NCBI GenBank assembly: GCA_030295235.1
Contig: AP026151.1
Location: 744,001-808,000, forward strand
DNA length: 64,000 nt
Source of the DNA: Fistulifera solaris
Taxonomy: Eukaryota
Direction of reading: 5' to 3'
In this document: in pieces, positions 36,242 through 49,436 of the stretch
Layout of the letters: each line of letters opens with the position of its first letter
How positions within the stretch are numbered: the stretch's first letter is position 1
Translations under genes and position numbers: made by a program
Notes under the pieces: model-generated
The model's input: only the letters and a program-made list of their open reading frames with translations
The model's database searches: none
What the model was told of the DNA's origin: nothing

Positions 36242-37675
36242 CTAAATAATTGTATTTACCGTTGATTGTTGTTGCTGTTCATCATCGCCTTTGTCGCTTT
36301 CGTTTTCCGTCATATTGGCCAAGCATATAGACGAAGAAGTTGTTTTCTTCCGCGACAACATTTTAATGTCCTTGATGGTTTCTCGAGGGACCGTACTACT
36401 CCACAGAGCATCTTGAAAATTCATGGGTTGCGGCAGTGTCTCGGGTGGTCGATACAAATACTGCGTTTCGGACGTTTCCACCACTCGCGTAGTGGTGGTC
36501 GTCGGATGGGGGAAGCTCCGGGGCAAGTATTCCTTGTACGTGAACGTGTAACTGTGCGCAATCGCAAAAATCACCATTTCAATCACCACACAATAATCGA
36601 TCAGTCCATTGGCGACTTCTTCCGACGTCCACGAACCCAAATGATCAATAATCCCGTGTGCTTTCAAATAAAAAATGATGACACCTTGCCACCAACAGAA
36701 AAAGACAATGCCCTTGACGCAGATGAATTTTCCCAACGGTCGCCAATTGATGGGATGCCGCAATTCGGCTTCGACGGCATGATAGAGCAGTACCAAACAA
36801 TACAGCGCGTACATGACACTGAGATTCTGCAAAAAACACAAATAGGGGTACGCCACGAGCCATTCGAATTTGCCTTCGCCGTACACATTCGCCGATTCGC
36901 ACAAAAACGTCAATAACGTGGCAATGCATTTGATGACAACATATTGCAAGACGCCGTGTTTGCATTGGAGTGTGAATTCTTCTCCCAACTCCCAGGGCTC
37001 TAAAATGAGACTGAGCGGAAACGAATGTTGGCCGAGTTGCGGATCTTTGTGTCGCAACAATTCCGTCAGCGCGTCTTGTCCACCCAGTAATGCCATGAGG
37101 TAATACACAAAGGAAGCAATGACGTAAGCTTCATAGAAATCGCGGACCGAGTCAATGTAGATTCGAGACTTGTGATAGCGCAAACTCAGATAAGATTGCA
37201 TGGCGTAGAGAGGTACCATCCATAGAATGCGCACGACATATTTTTGGACTTCGGGCATGTACCAATGCGTCAAATGCAAATATACCAAGCGCACCGACAA
37301 GATGATGGTTCCAATGACCATAATCCAGGCCGAATTGAACGCCGCGGTATCGACTTTCTTGTCCGCCAGCGCTCGGTACAAGACAATGGGCAACAGTATC
37401 AACATGACAATTACGGTGACGTAAGCTATATAATTGCCAAAGCGTCGAATGAATTCTCGTATTTGTTTTCGATATGTCGTCGGCGATTCGTCACGATTGT
37501 TGTTCGGAAGAAAGGAATGTCGCTCGTCTTCGTTGTTGGGATTCGAATGCAGTGCATCTTCGGAGCTCGCTGTTGTCGTCACCGTTCGAACTGTTCTCCG
37601 CAGAACTCGTAACCCTTCCAGCAGGGACGATTTAAAATTGTTGTTTGACGAGGACGAGTAAGGATCGCTTTCCAT
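36242..37675 (-). CDS. TMEM184: TMEM184/OST-alpha family transporter
   Basis: QKYVVRILWMVPLYA, RDFYEAYVI, GVLQY, KFICVKGIVFFCWWQG, IEM..FAIAH. Confidence 0.9.
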   Translation of the reverse strand: MESDPYSSSSNNNFKSSLLEGLRVLRRTVRTVTTTASSEDALHSNPNNEDERHSFLPNNNRDESPTTYRKQIREFIRRFGNYIAYVTVIVMLILLPIVLYRALADKKVDTAAFNSAWIMVIGTIILSVRLVYLHLTHWYMPEVQKYVVRILWMVPLYAMQSYLSLRYHKSRIYIDSVRDFYEAYVIASFVYYLMALLGGQDALTELLRHKDPQLGQHSFPLSLILEPWELGEEFTLQCKHGVLQYVVIKCIATLLTFLCESANVYGEGKFEWLVAYPYLCFLQNLSVMYALYCLVLLYHAVEAELRHPINWRPLGKFICVKGIVFFCWWQGVIIFYLKAHGIIDHLGSWTSEEVANGLIDYCVVIEMVIFAIAHSYTFTYKEYLPRSFPHPTTTTTRVVETSETQYLYRPPETLPQPMNFQDALWSSTVPRETIKDIKMLSRKKTTSSSICLANMTENESDKGDDEQQQQSTVNTII

Positions 37676-37982
37676 TCTCAATATAGGATGATTGTTTTTA
37701 AAAAAATAAGTCGTGACCCTTTGAACTACAAATAGAAATCAAGGGCCAGAAAGAGCTCCGTCGCTCGTTATTGCCTTTCAAGACGTTTGCTGAATTCTAA
37801 CACAGCGAACTGAGTAAGAGAATGAAGCAGTATCACCAAGATCCTGCCATTCACGGTGAAAATCATGAATCACAATGGCTTTTGGTTCATCGTGCTGCTC
37901 AATAAATCGTGCGCGGCTTTTTCAACGGTTGAAAAAATCGCGGGTGACGTTCGTGACGCCTGATACGCGAATCATTATTCGC

Positions 37983-38035
37983 ACTATAGCCTCAAGTGTT
38001 GCTCAACTTTTACAAGACTGAATTCCCGAGTAAGA
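37983..38035 (+). repeat. Degenerate copy of the dispersed hairpin element
   Basis: ACTATAGcctcAAGTGTT...CAAGACTGAATT. Confidence 0.55.
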
Positions 38036-38371
38036 CACGATTGTCTTGTATTATTTCAAGTAACGTTCGATCGCTCCCTTTTATTAAGGATGTTCATAAG
38101 ACAACCGAATGCTATAGGCAATGAATGGTTATATTTCAGAGATAGCAACAGTTGCATTGTATTTGCCGATTTGCCTTCGGAATATTGGGTGGGTTCATAA
38201 AGATGACGTCGATTTGTACAAAATTGACTTATAGTATTTTTCGTGAGAAAGAAAACGCAGCAAACCGCAAACGTTTTTTGCTTCGAAGCGCAAGTAGCGA
38301 ACAAGGCATTGAATCTTCTGTATTGTTATCGAAATAAGCATTTGCTCTTAGCTGACTACTAGTAATAATAG

Positions 38372-39336
38372 ATGAAAGGGAGAGCAGAAGCAGTATCACG
38401 GTTGAGGAGAGCCGACATTTTGATCTCACTTATTATAATGATGACGATAATGATGATTCGAAGCGTCGACGCCTGGGCGCCCTCCAAACGACTTGTTTGC
38501 CGATCGACCTCCCTGTATCTCGAATCGTCTCTACGTACCGTCTCGGGCACATCGGTCGACTCGACGACCAACAAACTTTGGGATGAAGAACTTCCCGTCG
38601 GTGCTCGATGCGTCGCGCTGCAACTGCAAGAGACGAATCAGCAACACTGGATACCCACAGTTTTGCATCCCCTCGAACTCGAATACGGCCGGCAATTGCC
38701 TTCCTTCAAAACCAGAAATTCGTTCTTTTTGGGACGACTGGCGTTACGACAAGTTTTGGATACGAAAGAACCGATTTTGAAGGATGCGTACGGACGTCCG
38801 CGTCTTCCGGCCGGATATGTGGCATCGATCAGTCACAAGGGCCCCGTGGGTGTGGCATTGTTGCAAGCGTCGATGATGGGGAGTATTGGTGTGGATTTAG
38901 AATACAGTCACGGGAAATCCCAATGTGGCGCGCAAAGTGTTGACGCCCCACGAACAAGAGAGTCTCGGACAAATACCGGTAGGTACCCACGTTGAGGATG
39001 ATTTACTTTGTGCAAGAGATAAATGAATGAATGCTTGACTCACGCTCGTTCAACGCGACATATTAGACGGTTACACCGGAAGAAGAAGTGTTGTTACGTT
39101 TCAGTATGAAAGAAAGCTTGTACAAGGCCATGCATCCGTATTTGTGTCATTACGTCGGATTTCAGCAAGTGGAGGTTCAACCCACGGCCGATGGAAGAGG
39201 ACACGTACAACTGTTGTTTCCAAATGCGACGCGATTGAGTGATGTGCAAATCTACTGGCAGCGGATGGGGCCCTACTTTTTGAGTAGTTGTCGTGTGCTA
39301 CCGGTGTCCGTGACGAACGAAAACAGGAAGGAATAA
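38372..39336 (+). CDS. 4'-phosphopantetheinyl transferase (Sfp/EntD-like), with an intron and a frameshift
   Basis: FFLGRLAL, GRPRLP, SISHK, IGVDLE, LRFSMKESLYKA. Confidence 0.85.
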
Positions 39337-39397
39337 AAGGCGATTTCGTATTGACAGGCGCTACTATGACTCGTTTTAATCAAAATCAACAAGTAAA

Positions 39398-41016
39398 TTA
39401 CACACGAAATGTGAGATCACTTTCGGGATACCACCAGCCATGAAAATCCATGGCACTGCGTTGTCCAGTCCATACTTTGCACAAAACCTTCATGGTTCGG
39501 GCATCGAGCATTAACAGCGCTGTTTCGCGCCGCTTGCCATCGTAAATTTGACTCAGTAAGATGCCATCATCTTCACCATTATTGCCGAGGGGCACAAACA
39601 CGGGTTCGGAGGGATAAACGGACTCTTCTCGAAAATAGGCCGCGATGCGTTTCTTTTCATCGGGCTGGTCGGGTTCATACTTGATCAAGCCCCACGCGTC
39701 GTAGTCTTCACTGCCGCCAAAGTACGTCCCGTACGCGTAGACGTACCGGGGATTCCCCGGCTGTCGGGAATACCGCGTCGTTGGCAATTCAAATCCTTGT
39801 CCGCCGGTGGGAATCCAACTTACTTGAACCTGTTGCGCTGACAAATCACAGATGACATCACAAAACGTTCCCCCTCGCGAAATTCGATTCCTTGCTTCTC
39901 GACTGACTTGACATTGCTCCAATCGCATGAAATGATCCTCCGAAGTGATAATGTCGGGCGTACGATACGCGCACAGCCGGATCCGAACAGTATCGTTCTC
40001 GCAGGTCGCCGAGACGGTATGATAGAAAAAGATTTTCTCATCAATGGCTTGGTCCAAAACAATTTGTTCTGTCTCCAAATCCCATACCACTATTCGCGTG
40101 GTATCTTTCTCCTCCATCGAACGAAGAAATCCGTCCGTGACCATTTTCCGAATATCTTGCACGTTGATGCGCAAGGGCTGTACCACGACAATGGCATGAC
40201 GATCGGACAAGCCAAACGAATGCACGTACGGGACGCCATCGGGCGATGGCACGGACCCTCCAACGACCGTACGAACGCCCTTTTGTTCGTGCACCAAGAC
40301 CAACTGAGGACCTTGGGGCGTCAAAGTGACGGCGACGTTGTACGTGACACTCGCATCGGTCCAGGAATAGGCCGGATGTGCCGTTTCCAAGAATTCGTAC
40401 TGCCATCGCGGTCCCTTTTGCAAAGGCGACGCCGTGGAAGATGACGACAGAGTGTCGAGTGTACCGGGATGAATTTGCGACCGCGGCGGTGCATCCGTGA
40501 CTGCCGTAATGGGACCTTGGGGATCATATTGCCAGACATTGACGCAGGTATTGTCAAAGGTCACCGAATGATAAATCGCTTGCGCGATCTGCCACCACGT
40601 TCCTTCGAGAGGTTTTTTATCAAGCAGTAAACTTCCCGTAGATATGGTAGGAACGAGTCTCGCTTTTTGTTTCACCTTTTTGTAAAAGTTGGTTTGTATA
40701 AATTTGGTTTGAAAATAGATGTGTTGACCATCCCATCGATATCCGGACAATTTCGCCAATCCATCAAAAATGTGCGAATACTGTGTGTGTTCCCCCAACT
40801 CCCACAATCCGGCACCATTGCGAATCAAGGTTCCCGACGGTAAAGCTGTGGGTAAAGTGCCTTCGATGTCGGTCAATTGCTTCAATTCGCTAATTTCGTC
40901 CGGTGCACTCGTAATCCAATCGACGAAGTTCACATCCTTTTGGTTATCGTGCTCGGTAAAGACAAGCCATAAACACAATGAAATGTCAAATAGATGGAAA
41001 GAAATAATCGTTTCAT
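39398..41016 (-). CDS. Carotenoid cleavage dioxygenase (RPE65 family)
   Basis: GTLIRNG, HIFDG, AHP, VHSF, FYH, FELP, SEPVFVP, EDDG, FHG; the signal peptide is offset by an indel at 40938-40941. Confidence 0.9.
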
Positions 41017-41133
41017 TATGAGAAATGAGCCATCAAAGAAGGAAATAGAAATATAATGAGAAAGGCACAACAACAAAGAAGCGTTCGCAAAGAGAAAAAA
41101 AGCCGATGCCACGTATAATAATGCCATCCTGAC

Positions 41134-41193
41134 TCATGACTCGAAGACGAAATCCAGTCGTGGTAAAGGTCGCCTACACTTGGGTGCTATAGT
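41134..41193 (-). repeat. Dispersed hairpin element copy with an enlarged loop
   Basis: TCATGACTcgaagacGAAATCCAGTCGTGG...ACACTTgggtgCTATAGT. Confidence 0.72.
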
Positions 41194-41391
41194 GGTAAAT
41201 ATAAATTCGGACGTGGGCACTTATTTGACGAAAAAATCATTCTTTTCGAATTGGAAATGGACTACTTGAGAATATGCTACAACTAAATAGCAACTCAACC
41301 TCAAGATTATGCCTAAAGGGAAGGTATACCGCCATTATTCGAGATACCCTATATGCTCATGGACTTCAACATAAATTCGCCCCCTAGCTTC

Positions 41392-44300
41392 TTATTTTCG
41401 AAAATAAAACAACAGATACGCCGCTTGATTTCGTAAAACTTGTTTCGCTTCACATTGGGTCACATGTTGGTCATTGATGGCAAACCACTGATTTTGAACT
41501 TTGACACTGGCCGTGTAATGTCCCGACGTCAATGTTCCGTAATGATTGACGGTGCCCATTAAATCGTACGAAATGTCGGGAGTGGCTCCACCGTCGTCCA
41601 TGGCTTCCACTTGACGGGCTTCACACCAGTGCGGCAAATAAATTCCCATGTTCAAATGGTGTTCGGGGAAGGACACGGAATCTTCAATCTTACGACTGTT
41701 ATCAAACCGCTTCAAATGCAAAACCAACAACCGGGGCAATCGACGAATCACATGTTGTTGTTTGGTCACCGTTTTCTTGCGACAGACGGGGCAGTCCACT
41801 GGATCGGCCAGTGTTTCCAAAGATGTGAAATTCTTTAAGCACGATTCGACCGAAAGTTTCGATGGTTGACGTTCGACCTCCTTCGATAGTGGCAGTGAGA
41901 TACTCATGAATGATTCCGTTTGAGAACGCTTATTGCGACACTCCTGGCAAATTAAGACGGATCGAAAACTACCGTCAAAAAGGCTTTTGACCAAGCCAGT
42001 TTCCTTCACTTTACCATCCATCTCGTTTTGCCCCAATGCTTGACGGATGCTGGCATGAAACTCATTGTCGCTAATCACCAAAATACTTAGAGAGTGTAAC
42101 GACATTTTGTACAATCTTCAATTTCACGTACCTTTTGGACAAGCTATCGAGAAATCCGTGTAAAAATTCGTGTGCATCGCGTTGCTCGTAACCCGCAAGA
42201 TGTGTCATACCGGGACATTTCCAAGTTGTTAAAAGCATTTCGGATCCCACCAGTGGATAACCAAGCTGCTGCTGCTCGGGGACATCTCCTTGTTTCGCCT
42301 CCAACAAACCCAAAACATTCACTCCTCGTGCACTGCCGAAATACTGTAGCATCAAACGATCCAAAGCGCACGCGAGACACACGGGAGATCTCCGTGACCT
42401 GTGTTCTTGACACGTGGCAAACGGATGCTGAAAATCTTCCAAAAAGTATTTTTGAACGAAAGGACATGCCATGAGGCACTGAAGTACGGAGCTTTGATAG
42501 CAAGTATTGCCCAAGTTGAACATTCCGACAGGAGCAGGTGCAAAATACCGTCTCTTGTGTCCCAACGTCTGTTGCTCTTGGGCAAAATTACGCATTGACT
42601 CGGATACTTCCGGCGCCAAGGACTCAACTTCTCCATGAAGCAAAACTTGTCGCTGACGACACGCCCGGGCACCTCGCACATGAGCATCCGGGACGATGGA
42701 TGGATACGTGGCATACATACCCCTCCAAAATATTCCTTGATCGGGAATGTGAATGAACCGATACGCATCGAAAGAACGTTGAACTGGATGCTCCTTCCAA
42801 GACAACCAAGGTAAATGAATTGTTAAGTCAATACGCTCTTTTTCTGCGTCAAAGATTTCGTGCTGCACAAAATCCCCACATTCGAAACAGTAGACTTTGG
42901 CCTGGTGGTCACATGTCACGGCTGCAGCACAATATAAAAAGAATCTTGTGAGAAATTCAAGAATTGGCGCAATTATCTGTGAAGCATATACGTACCGAAA
43001 TTATGATTTGATTCCAGATTGTGGAGCAACATGTGCTGCAATCGATCAAGACCATAAGTTTTGAACGAACACTGCAAGCACTGCATCACACCTTCGTCCC
43101 TGTTACATTCTTGACACATTTTTCTGGAAGAAAATGCATCCTCGTCCATCGCACCGAACAGAGTCAGTTTCGGTTTTTCTTTACGCTGCCAATAACTTAA
43201 ACGACTTTGTCGATACTGCTCCATCCACAATTGCGTTTGACGCCGGGCGCGATCTTGTTCGGCTTGATACACCGCCGGATCGTGTATCTTGTGCAAATAC
43301 GGACGATGATCTCTCCACGCCATCATGTACTGCAATGCCATAGGTTTCGCATCCGATTTGCGCTTCTTTTTGGACGACAGTGCGTCCCCCATGCGTTTCG
43401 ACAGAAAAGCGGTACGAAGCTTTTCAATGTGAGATTCTTGCGTATGCAAATTCCAGTATCGATTCTCGTCCAATAGCCGCTCGGGAGTTTTGTACGTGTG
43501 TACAGGCGGAGTTTCATTGGTTTTGGCTTCGGGTGCCTCCACAACGAGGGTATCTTCGACTCCGGTCGAAATTGAAGACACTTGGGGCGGAGGATCCGTC
43601 TCGACCGATTCTTTTGCTTCAACGGGTGCTGATTCCACAGTCTCTGGTTCTACAGGTGCATTCGCTTCGGGTTCTACTGGGTGCTTTGTCGGATCTTGCT
43701 GGGTCGAATCAACCGCGGTCGGCAAATGCTGTTCCGCAGCTTCTTCTAGTTTCACTGGTACAGTTGACACGGCTGAATTGCTTGGCAATGTTTCAACGTC
43801 AGCGACTTTCTCAACGCGGCTTACTTCCATCGCCTCTGCCACAGCCGGCCTTGGGAAAGGAGGCCCCACAGTCGTGGTAGAGACTAGCGTATCATCGGAA
43901 CGATGCGGGGGTTCGCCCGGGCCTTCCGGCACTACCAAAGTCAATGTTTCCTTGTTATTAGCTACCGTTTCCTCACAATCCTTTTCATGCTGATGCAATT
44001 CGTGCCAATCCCGCGTATACGGATGATGCACATCGGTAAAACCCCGCATTTGCAAAACCGTCCGCCGTTCTTGTTCTTCTCCGTACAACATGGGCATATC
44101 ACGGACGGCCCGAAATTCTTCGCTGTCCTGAAATTGCGTTCCCAAATGCAAGGCGTGGACCGGATGTTGCAACATCCAGTGATTCGGATGTGTCGTACTT
44201 TGGGCTAATTCGAGCGACAACGTATACGGCAAATATTCTAACAAATGCGGGCAGGACGGCGGTGTATCCGGTTGGGTCAACGACGCTTCCGCGCGTTGTA

Positions 44301-44466
44301 GAATGACTTCATAGTCGGGGAATTCTTCGTCCAAAATGACTTTGCGCTTGTTCTTTGTCGTACTTTCCACTGTTTCGATTTTAGTGCTATTCATGGTAAC
44401 GTTCATAATAGAATTAATGAGTTGTAGGATGCCTTTGTTGTTGTCATAAAAAAAAGCAACACGCAA
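41392..44466 (-). CDS. USP22/Ubp8-like ubiquitin-specific protease (zf-UBP + USP domain), two introns
   Basis: CQEC..CLQC..H..H..YCFECGDFV, GMFNLGNTCYQSSVLQ, QRDAHEF, LHLKRF, HYGTLTSGHY, AYLLFY. Confidence 0.88.
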
Positions 44467-44953
44467 AAATCAAAATGCACTCAAAATGCACTCAAAATGC
44501 GCTGCTCTCAGTCGTGACTCAAATGAGTCCTAGATGTGGGCTATGATGAACACCCAAGGTAACAACTTACAGCTTTTTCCAAACTTTGGTTTTACGCAAG
44601 AGAAGACCAATAGAAATGATCTTGGCTACAAATCAATAATCTACGACTCTCACTTTCTATCATGCGCTTTTTGTCCGCTGAAAGGCGCCAGTTTATTATT
44701 CGCAAGTCGAATTTCGCTTTCAGCGTTTCGTGCATTGATCAACAGGGCCATTCTTGATTCACTTTATTATCGGTAATTGAGCAGGACTTTGAAAACTTTG
44801 TAATTTAGCTACAATGTTGATTGCTAGACGGATCTGCACATAGTGAACGAACATTTCTATTGATTATTTACTATGAGTTAGAATATCAGAACAGAAGACA
44901 TGAAGCAGTCTATTGATAGGACAACAATAGCATTCGAGAGAGTGATGCAGCGC

Positions 44954-45535
44954 TCAAAACAGCAACAAACAAACAATCACAAAAGACCCCAAGATGAGTA
45001 AAATGCGTGACAGATACTCGGTCGCATGTGGATCCGAGGTCGAGTCGTCGTAGGGAGGATGATACAAATGGTACAGCCGTGCCAAGGGTCGGGAAGGCCG
45101 TAACTCGTCATGTCGTATCATGGGATCCGGTATCGCACGGGGACGACTCGGACGGGCCGGTATGCGGCGTTGTCGTACTACAAAATCATCCTTGCTCTCT
45201 TTATCCGCACAAGGTGTGTAGATTGTTGTATCATTATTAGTTGAACCATTCTTTCGTTGCTCAACTAGAGCATAAATGGGAATCACGGTCGGTACCGCAC
45301 AGGGTGCCTTGCAAACGGGACAAACACGACGACTCTCGTCGACCTCGAGCGAACCTCCCACCAGTCGTTCTCCGGGTAACATGCCCGGTTCGAGCCATCG
45401 ATACAAACAAGGCCAGCAATACAAGTGACCGCATTGTGTTACGACCGGTTCAATGACAGAATCAAGACAGATATTGCAATGAAAGCGGTACAGTGGAGTG
45501 TTGTCGTGGCAACGACTACTCGTTGTTGAAGACAT
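44954..45535 (-). CDS. RNF5/RMA1-like membrane-anchored RING E3 ligase
   Basis: FHCNICLD..EPVVTQCGHLYCWPCLYRW..CPVCKA..IPIY, PARP, C-terminal TM. Confidence 0.9.
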   Translation of the reverse strand: MSSTTSSRCHDNTPLYRFHCNICLDSVIEPVVTQCGHLYCWPCLYRWLEPGMLPGERLVGGSLEVDESRRVCPVCKAPCAVPTVIPIYALVEQRKNGSTNNDTTIYTPCADKESKDDFVVRQRRIPARPSRPRAIPDPMIRHDELRPSRPLARLYHLYHPPYDDSTSDPHATEYLSRILLILGSFVIVCLLLF

Positions 45536-45954
45536 GTGTGGGTGTCAAAGAAACGACTTCTTCAAAATAATCAAGTCTGCGAGCGTTTCACGATGATTGA
45601 CGCTGTTTTTGCATCTAACAAATGTAAGGCTTTTACTCAATCGGGAAGACACGGAAGAGATACAAGAATTGCGTCAAAGAGTCTTCGATATCAACACAAA
45701 CGTTTCAAACTGCAACCTGCAACACAACAAAACCGGAACATACAAGTACACTGCTGCCAGAAAATATCAGGCGACCTTCATGAGCTTGGGTTTGTATAGA
45801 AACAGTACAGTACATGTTACTGTCTGGGTGAGGGTGTCCGCGACGGTGACGCCATCGAATTTGAACGAGTTGCGGATAGAGCGCGGTGCGACATTTCCCA
45901 GCTGCGCTATCCGTTTCGCATTTCGCAGTTATTACGAAGTATTTCCCAGGCGGT

Positions 45955-46314
45955 ACAACGCAAACGCTGCTAAACTGCAGTCGGAGGTCAAGAATGTTTG
46001 ATGAGCGAACGAAGTGTAGGCAAAATTTTGGCTCGAAAGAATATTGATTCATGACTGATGTGCAGTCGTGGCGAAAACGGACAACACTATGGTCTATAGT
46101 AAACACGAAAGACAGCGATTCGTAGGCTTTTTGACGTACCGATACACAGGCATGTGATGCAAACGCTGCAAAACATTGTTTCAGTGCAATAACGACAAAT
46201 GGATCAGTGAAACTTGGTGAACGAACGAGTTGTAGGCAGCGTTGTTACTTTTGAAAAAATTTGATTCATGACTGAAATGCAGTCGTGGATAACTTGATCA
46301 CTTTGGTCCATAGT
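45955..46314 (-). repeat. Tandem duplication (~214 bp) whose units each end in the hairpin element (46049-46100 and 46266-46314)
   Basis: Shared GCAAACGCTGC, GAACGA..TGTAGGCA, TTGATTCATGACTGA..GCAGTCGTGG, CACT.TGGTC.ATAGTAAA. Confidence 0.8.
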
Positions 46315-46576
46315 AAATTCTGATGTCGTTACAAAAGACAGACGGAAATTCTGATCTTCTGCGTTTTATGCAGTTAATTACGCTCGATTTTTTGTACTTC
46401 AAACTAACTAGACTGTTTTCTATTATTATTCGACAAGCAACCAACCGTACGTTGTTTGCCGTACTACTAAAAATGGGTCAAGGCGGCACATGATGACTGA
46501 AATGAAATCTTCCGGGACGGGGAAGTGGTATTGCGTCCGAAAGACGCAATAGGACATTTTCGAAACAAAACAGTGT

Positions 46577-49106
46577 CTACCATCCGTCGTTTCCACGCTG
46601 ATTGTCGTAACGGCCGCGGAAGCTACTATTGCGTCCACCATCTCGGCTGCTGCTGCTGCTGCTGCCACCACGTCCGCCGCCGTCTCTGCTTATTGTGTAA
46701 GCGCCATCACGACCACGTGGCTTCGGCTTAAAGTCACGACCCGACGATGGGAAATCACCGCGTCCTCGGGGACGTCCAGCGGATCCTCCGCGTCCGGCAT
46801 TGTAGGGGCCGCGGCTGCTAGCACTGCTACGGGCAAAGCGGCCGCCTCCGCCACCACCGCCTCCTCTGCCGGGGCTACTGTACACACGTCCAAAGTTATT
46901 GCCGCGTTCCACTTCCATCTCTTTCAAAATAGAAAACGAGTTGCCACCCGCATCAACTTCTTTGCTGAATTCAACCAATTTCTTGGCATCCTCTAGACTC
47001 ATGTCGAAAATAGCGGTCTTATCGTCGCGGGCCAGGATCTTACCAATATCAGTCTCAAAGGTAAGATCGGCACTCTCGCGACTCAATCGAGCCAACTTAC
47101 TGACGGTGAACAACACGTCATTCGGGGGAAACCGAGCGGCGTTCGTTCATCATTTGGACGGTCACCATACCAACTTCACCGGTTAGCAACGATCGGCTTT
47201 CAACTTGAGTGGCCCGACGAGAAATGGCAGCCAAACACCGTGCCACTACTTTGACTGGATCTTCGTCTTCATCGGCGAGCAAGGCAGCTGCCGATTCTTC
47301 AAAGTGTGTCGACACTTCTTCCGGAATACCCTGACAGGCCAAAGCAGACGTCTTGGCGGCAGCATTCAAGGCCGCTTCAATCGAAGGTGGACCCGTCAAC
47401 TGGAAGCGGAAATTGTGACCGAGATCTCGCTCAATACGGACAATATCACGTGACTGTTGAGGATTGAACATAAGAACACTAACACCCTTGTTTCCAGCGC
47501 GACCGGTACGTCCCGAGCGGTGCACATATGTGTCAACGTCGCGAGGAGGATCCATTTGTACAACCAAGTCGACATCCTGAATATCAATACCACGTGCCGC
47601 CACATCCGTCGCGACCAAGACATTGAATGCACCCGCGCGAAAGGCATTCAGTGTGGCATCACGTTGCTTCTGGCTGACATCACCGTGTAATGCTTGAGCT
47701 GTCAAACTTTTGAAGACTCCACCCGACACGAGATCGTCGGCCATTTTCTTGGTTTCGCAAAAGACAATGGTCTTTCCAAAATCTTTTGTTGCAAATGTTG
47801 CTTTCTGGCTTTCTTGGCAGCAGCAGCCACCGGATTATGAAATTCGTTCTCACTTTCGTCGCTGGCGCTTTCACTCATTCCACCAGCATCTTTGGAAATT
47901 TCCACGGCAATGATATCTTCCAAAATGGCTTTCTTCGCCGACACACCCGGAGGCACTTGAACGGCCAAGTGTCGAACGGTAGACGCGACACGAGCATCTT
48001 GATTTCCCGTTGCGTCAATTTCCAACACGTTGCGTTGATATCTGCGTCCGATTTCGTTGACCCATTTCGGTGTCGTCGCAGAAAATAAGAGACACTGTGT
48101 CTTTTCGTTATTTGACTTTCCAGCACCTTCTAAAATGACTTCGACGTCTTCGGCGAAACCCATATTCAGCATTTCGTCGGCTTCATCCAACACTACAATT
48201 TGCAATTCATCCAAACTGAGCGTCCCACGATCCAAATGATCCATCACACGACCGGGAGTACCCACGACAATATCCAATCCTTGTGACAAGGCCCGCGACT
48301 GCGGATCATACGAGACACCCCCGTGAAAGACATCAACGAACAATCCCAACGGTTCCGCGACGGCCGCCAATTCATCCTTGACTTGGCGCGCCAATTCACG
48401 TGTCGGACACAAGACCAACATTCCCGGCAACCGTCCCCGGGGCAACCGACCATTCGCTTCCCGTCGACTCGCCAACAATTGATTCAAGCGAGCAATCGAA
48501 GGCAAGCCAAACGCCAATGTTTTGCCCGTCCCGGTGCGACTGCGACCGATGACATCCCGTCCGGCCACGACCGGATCAAAGGCTTCGCCTTGGACTTTGG
48601 TAAAGTGGGTGATGCCCCGCGAGTTAAGAACATCGAGGACTCGTGAGTCCAAACCGGCTTGAATCCAACGGGGATTGGTAGTGCGAAGAAAGTTGGGGTC
48701 GGTAAAGTCCTGCGTTGAATCAAGAAAGAAAAAGAGGTGAGTGAAGGGAACATCGTTGTTTCGATCATATCGCGGCAACAGCATCCATTGCTGTTATGCG
48801 TTTCTCATAACTCTAGACTCCTGTACGTACTTCTTCTGTAGCAACTAAATCGGTCCGCATCGGTTTCGATCCCTTGATGTGTGCGGGTTCGACACTTCCC
48901 AGAATTTCATCAATGGCCGAATCCAGGTCTTCATCGTACACGGTAGCTTTCGTACTAAAGGAAGACAAATAACGCAATTGCGCTTGTTGCTGTGGTAACT
49001 GACGCGACAGGGTCGTTGTGCTAAAGGCACGAACGGCATGACGCCGCAAGTGAGTTGAAACCAGCCACAACATGAAGAAGAATCGAGAGGATACAGTCGT
49101 CAGCAT
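46577..49106 (-). CDS. DEAD-box RNA helicase (DDX21/RH3-like), organelle-targeted, RGG tail
   Basis: GTGKT, PTRELA, GTPGR, DEAD, SAT, ARGID, HRSGRTGR; one intron and homopolymer indels near 47778 and 47124. Confidence 0.93.
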
Positions 49107-49436
49107 AGAAGAATTTCGACGGCGCGAGAAGATCAACGTTATTGAAATGTTAGTGCTGGATCGGAAAACAAAAAGAAATGAATTCGTTTTGTCTTTGAAT
49201 CTTTATATTTGCTACTGATGGATAGAAAGATGCCGAGAGAACGTTGTAAACAAGACGAGTTGATCGAAATGTTCTGCGCCAGCAAAAGACAACAATAAAA
49301 AAAAAAAAAGTGGTGGGTGGTGGCGGTGAACAAACAACGCAGAGAAAGCAGCGATGCGTGGAACGATGGCGTGGTGAACGGACGAAGCAAGGACGGTAAT
49401 ACGTCACTCTAGCTCTAGGATCACGCGGTTTCAAGG

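Noticed and set aside
44470..44502. TCAAAATGCAC tandem repeat (about 3 copies) upstream of the USP22-like gene
   Set aside because: Short local slippage repeat with no other copies noticed in the window.
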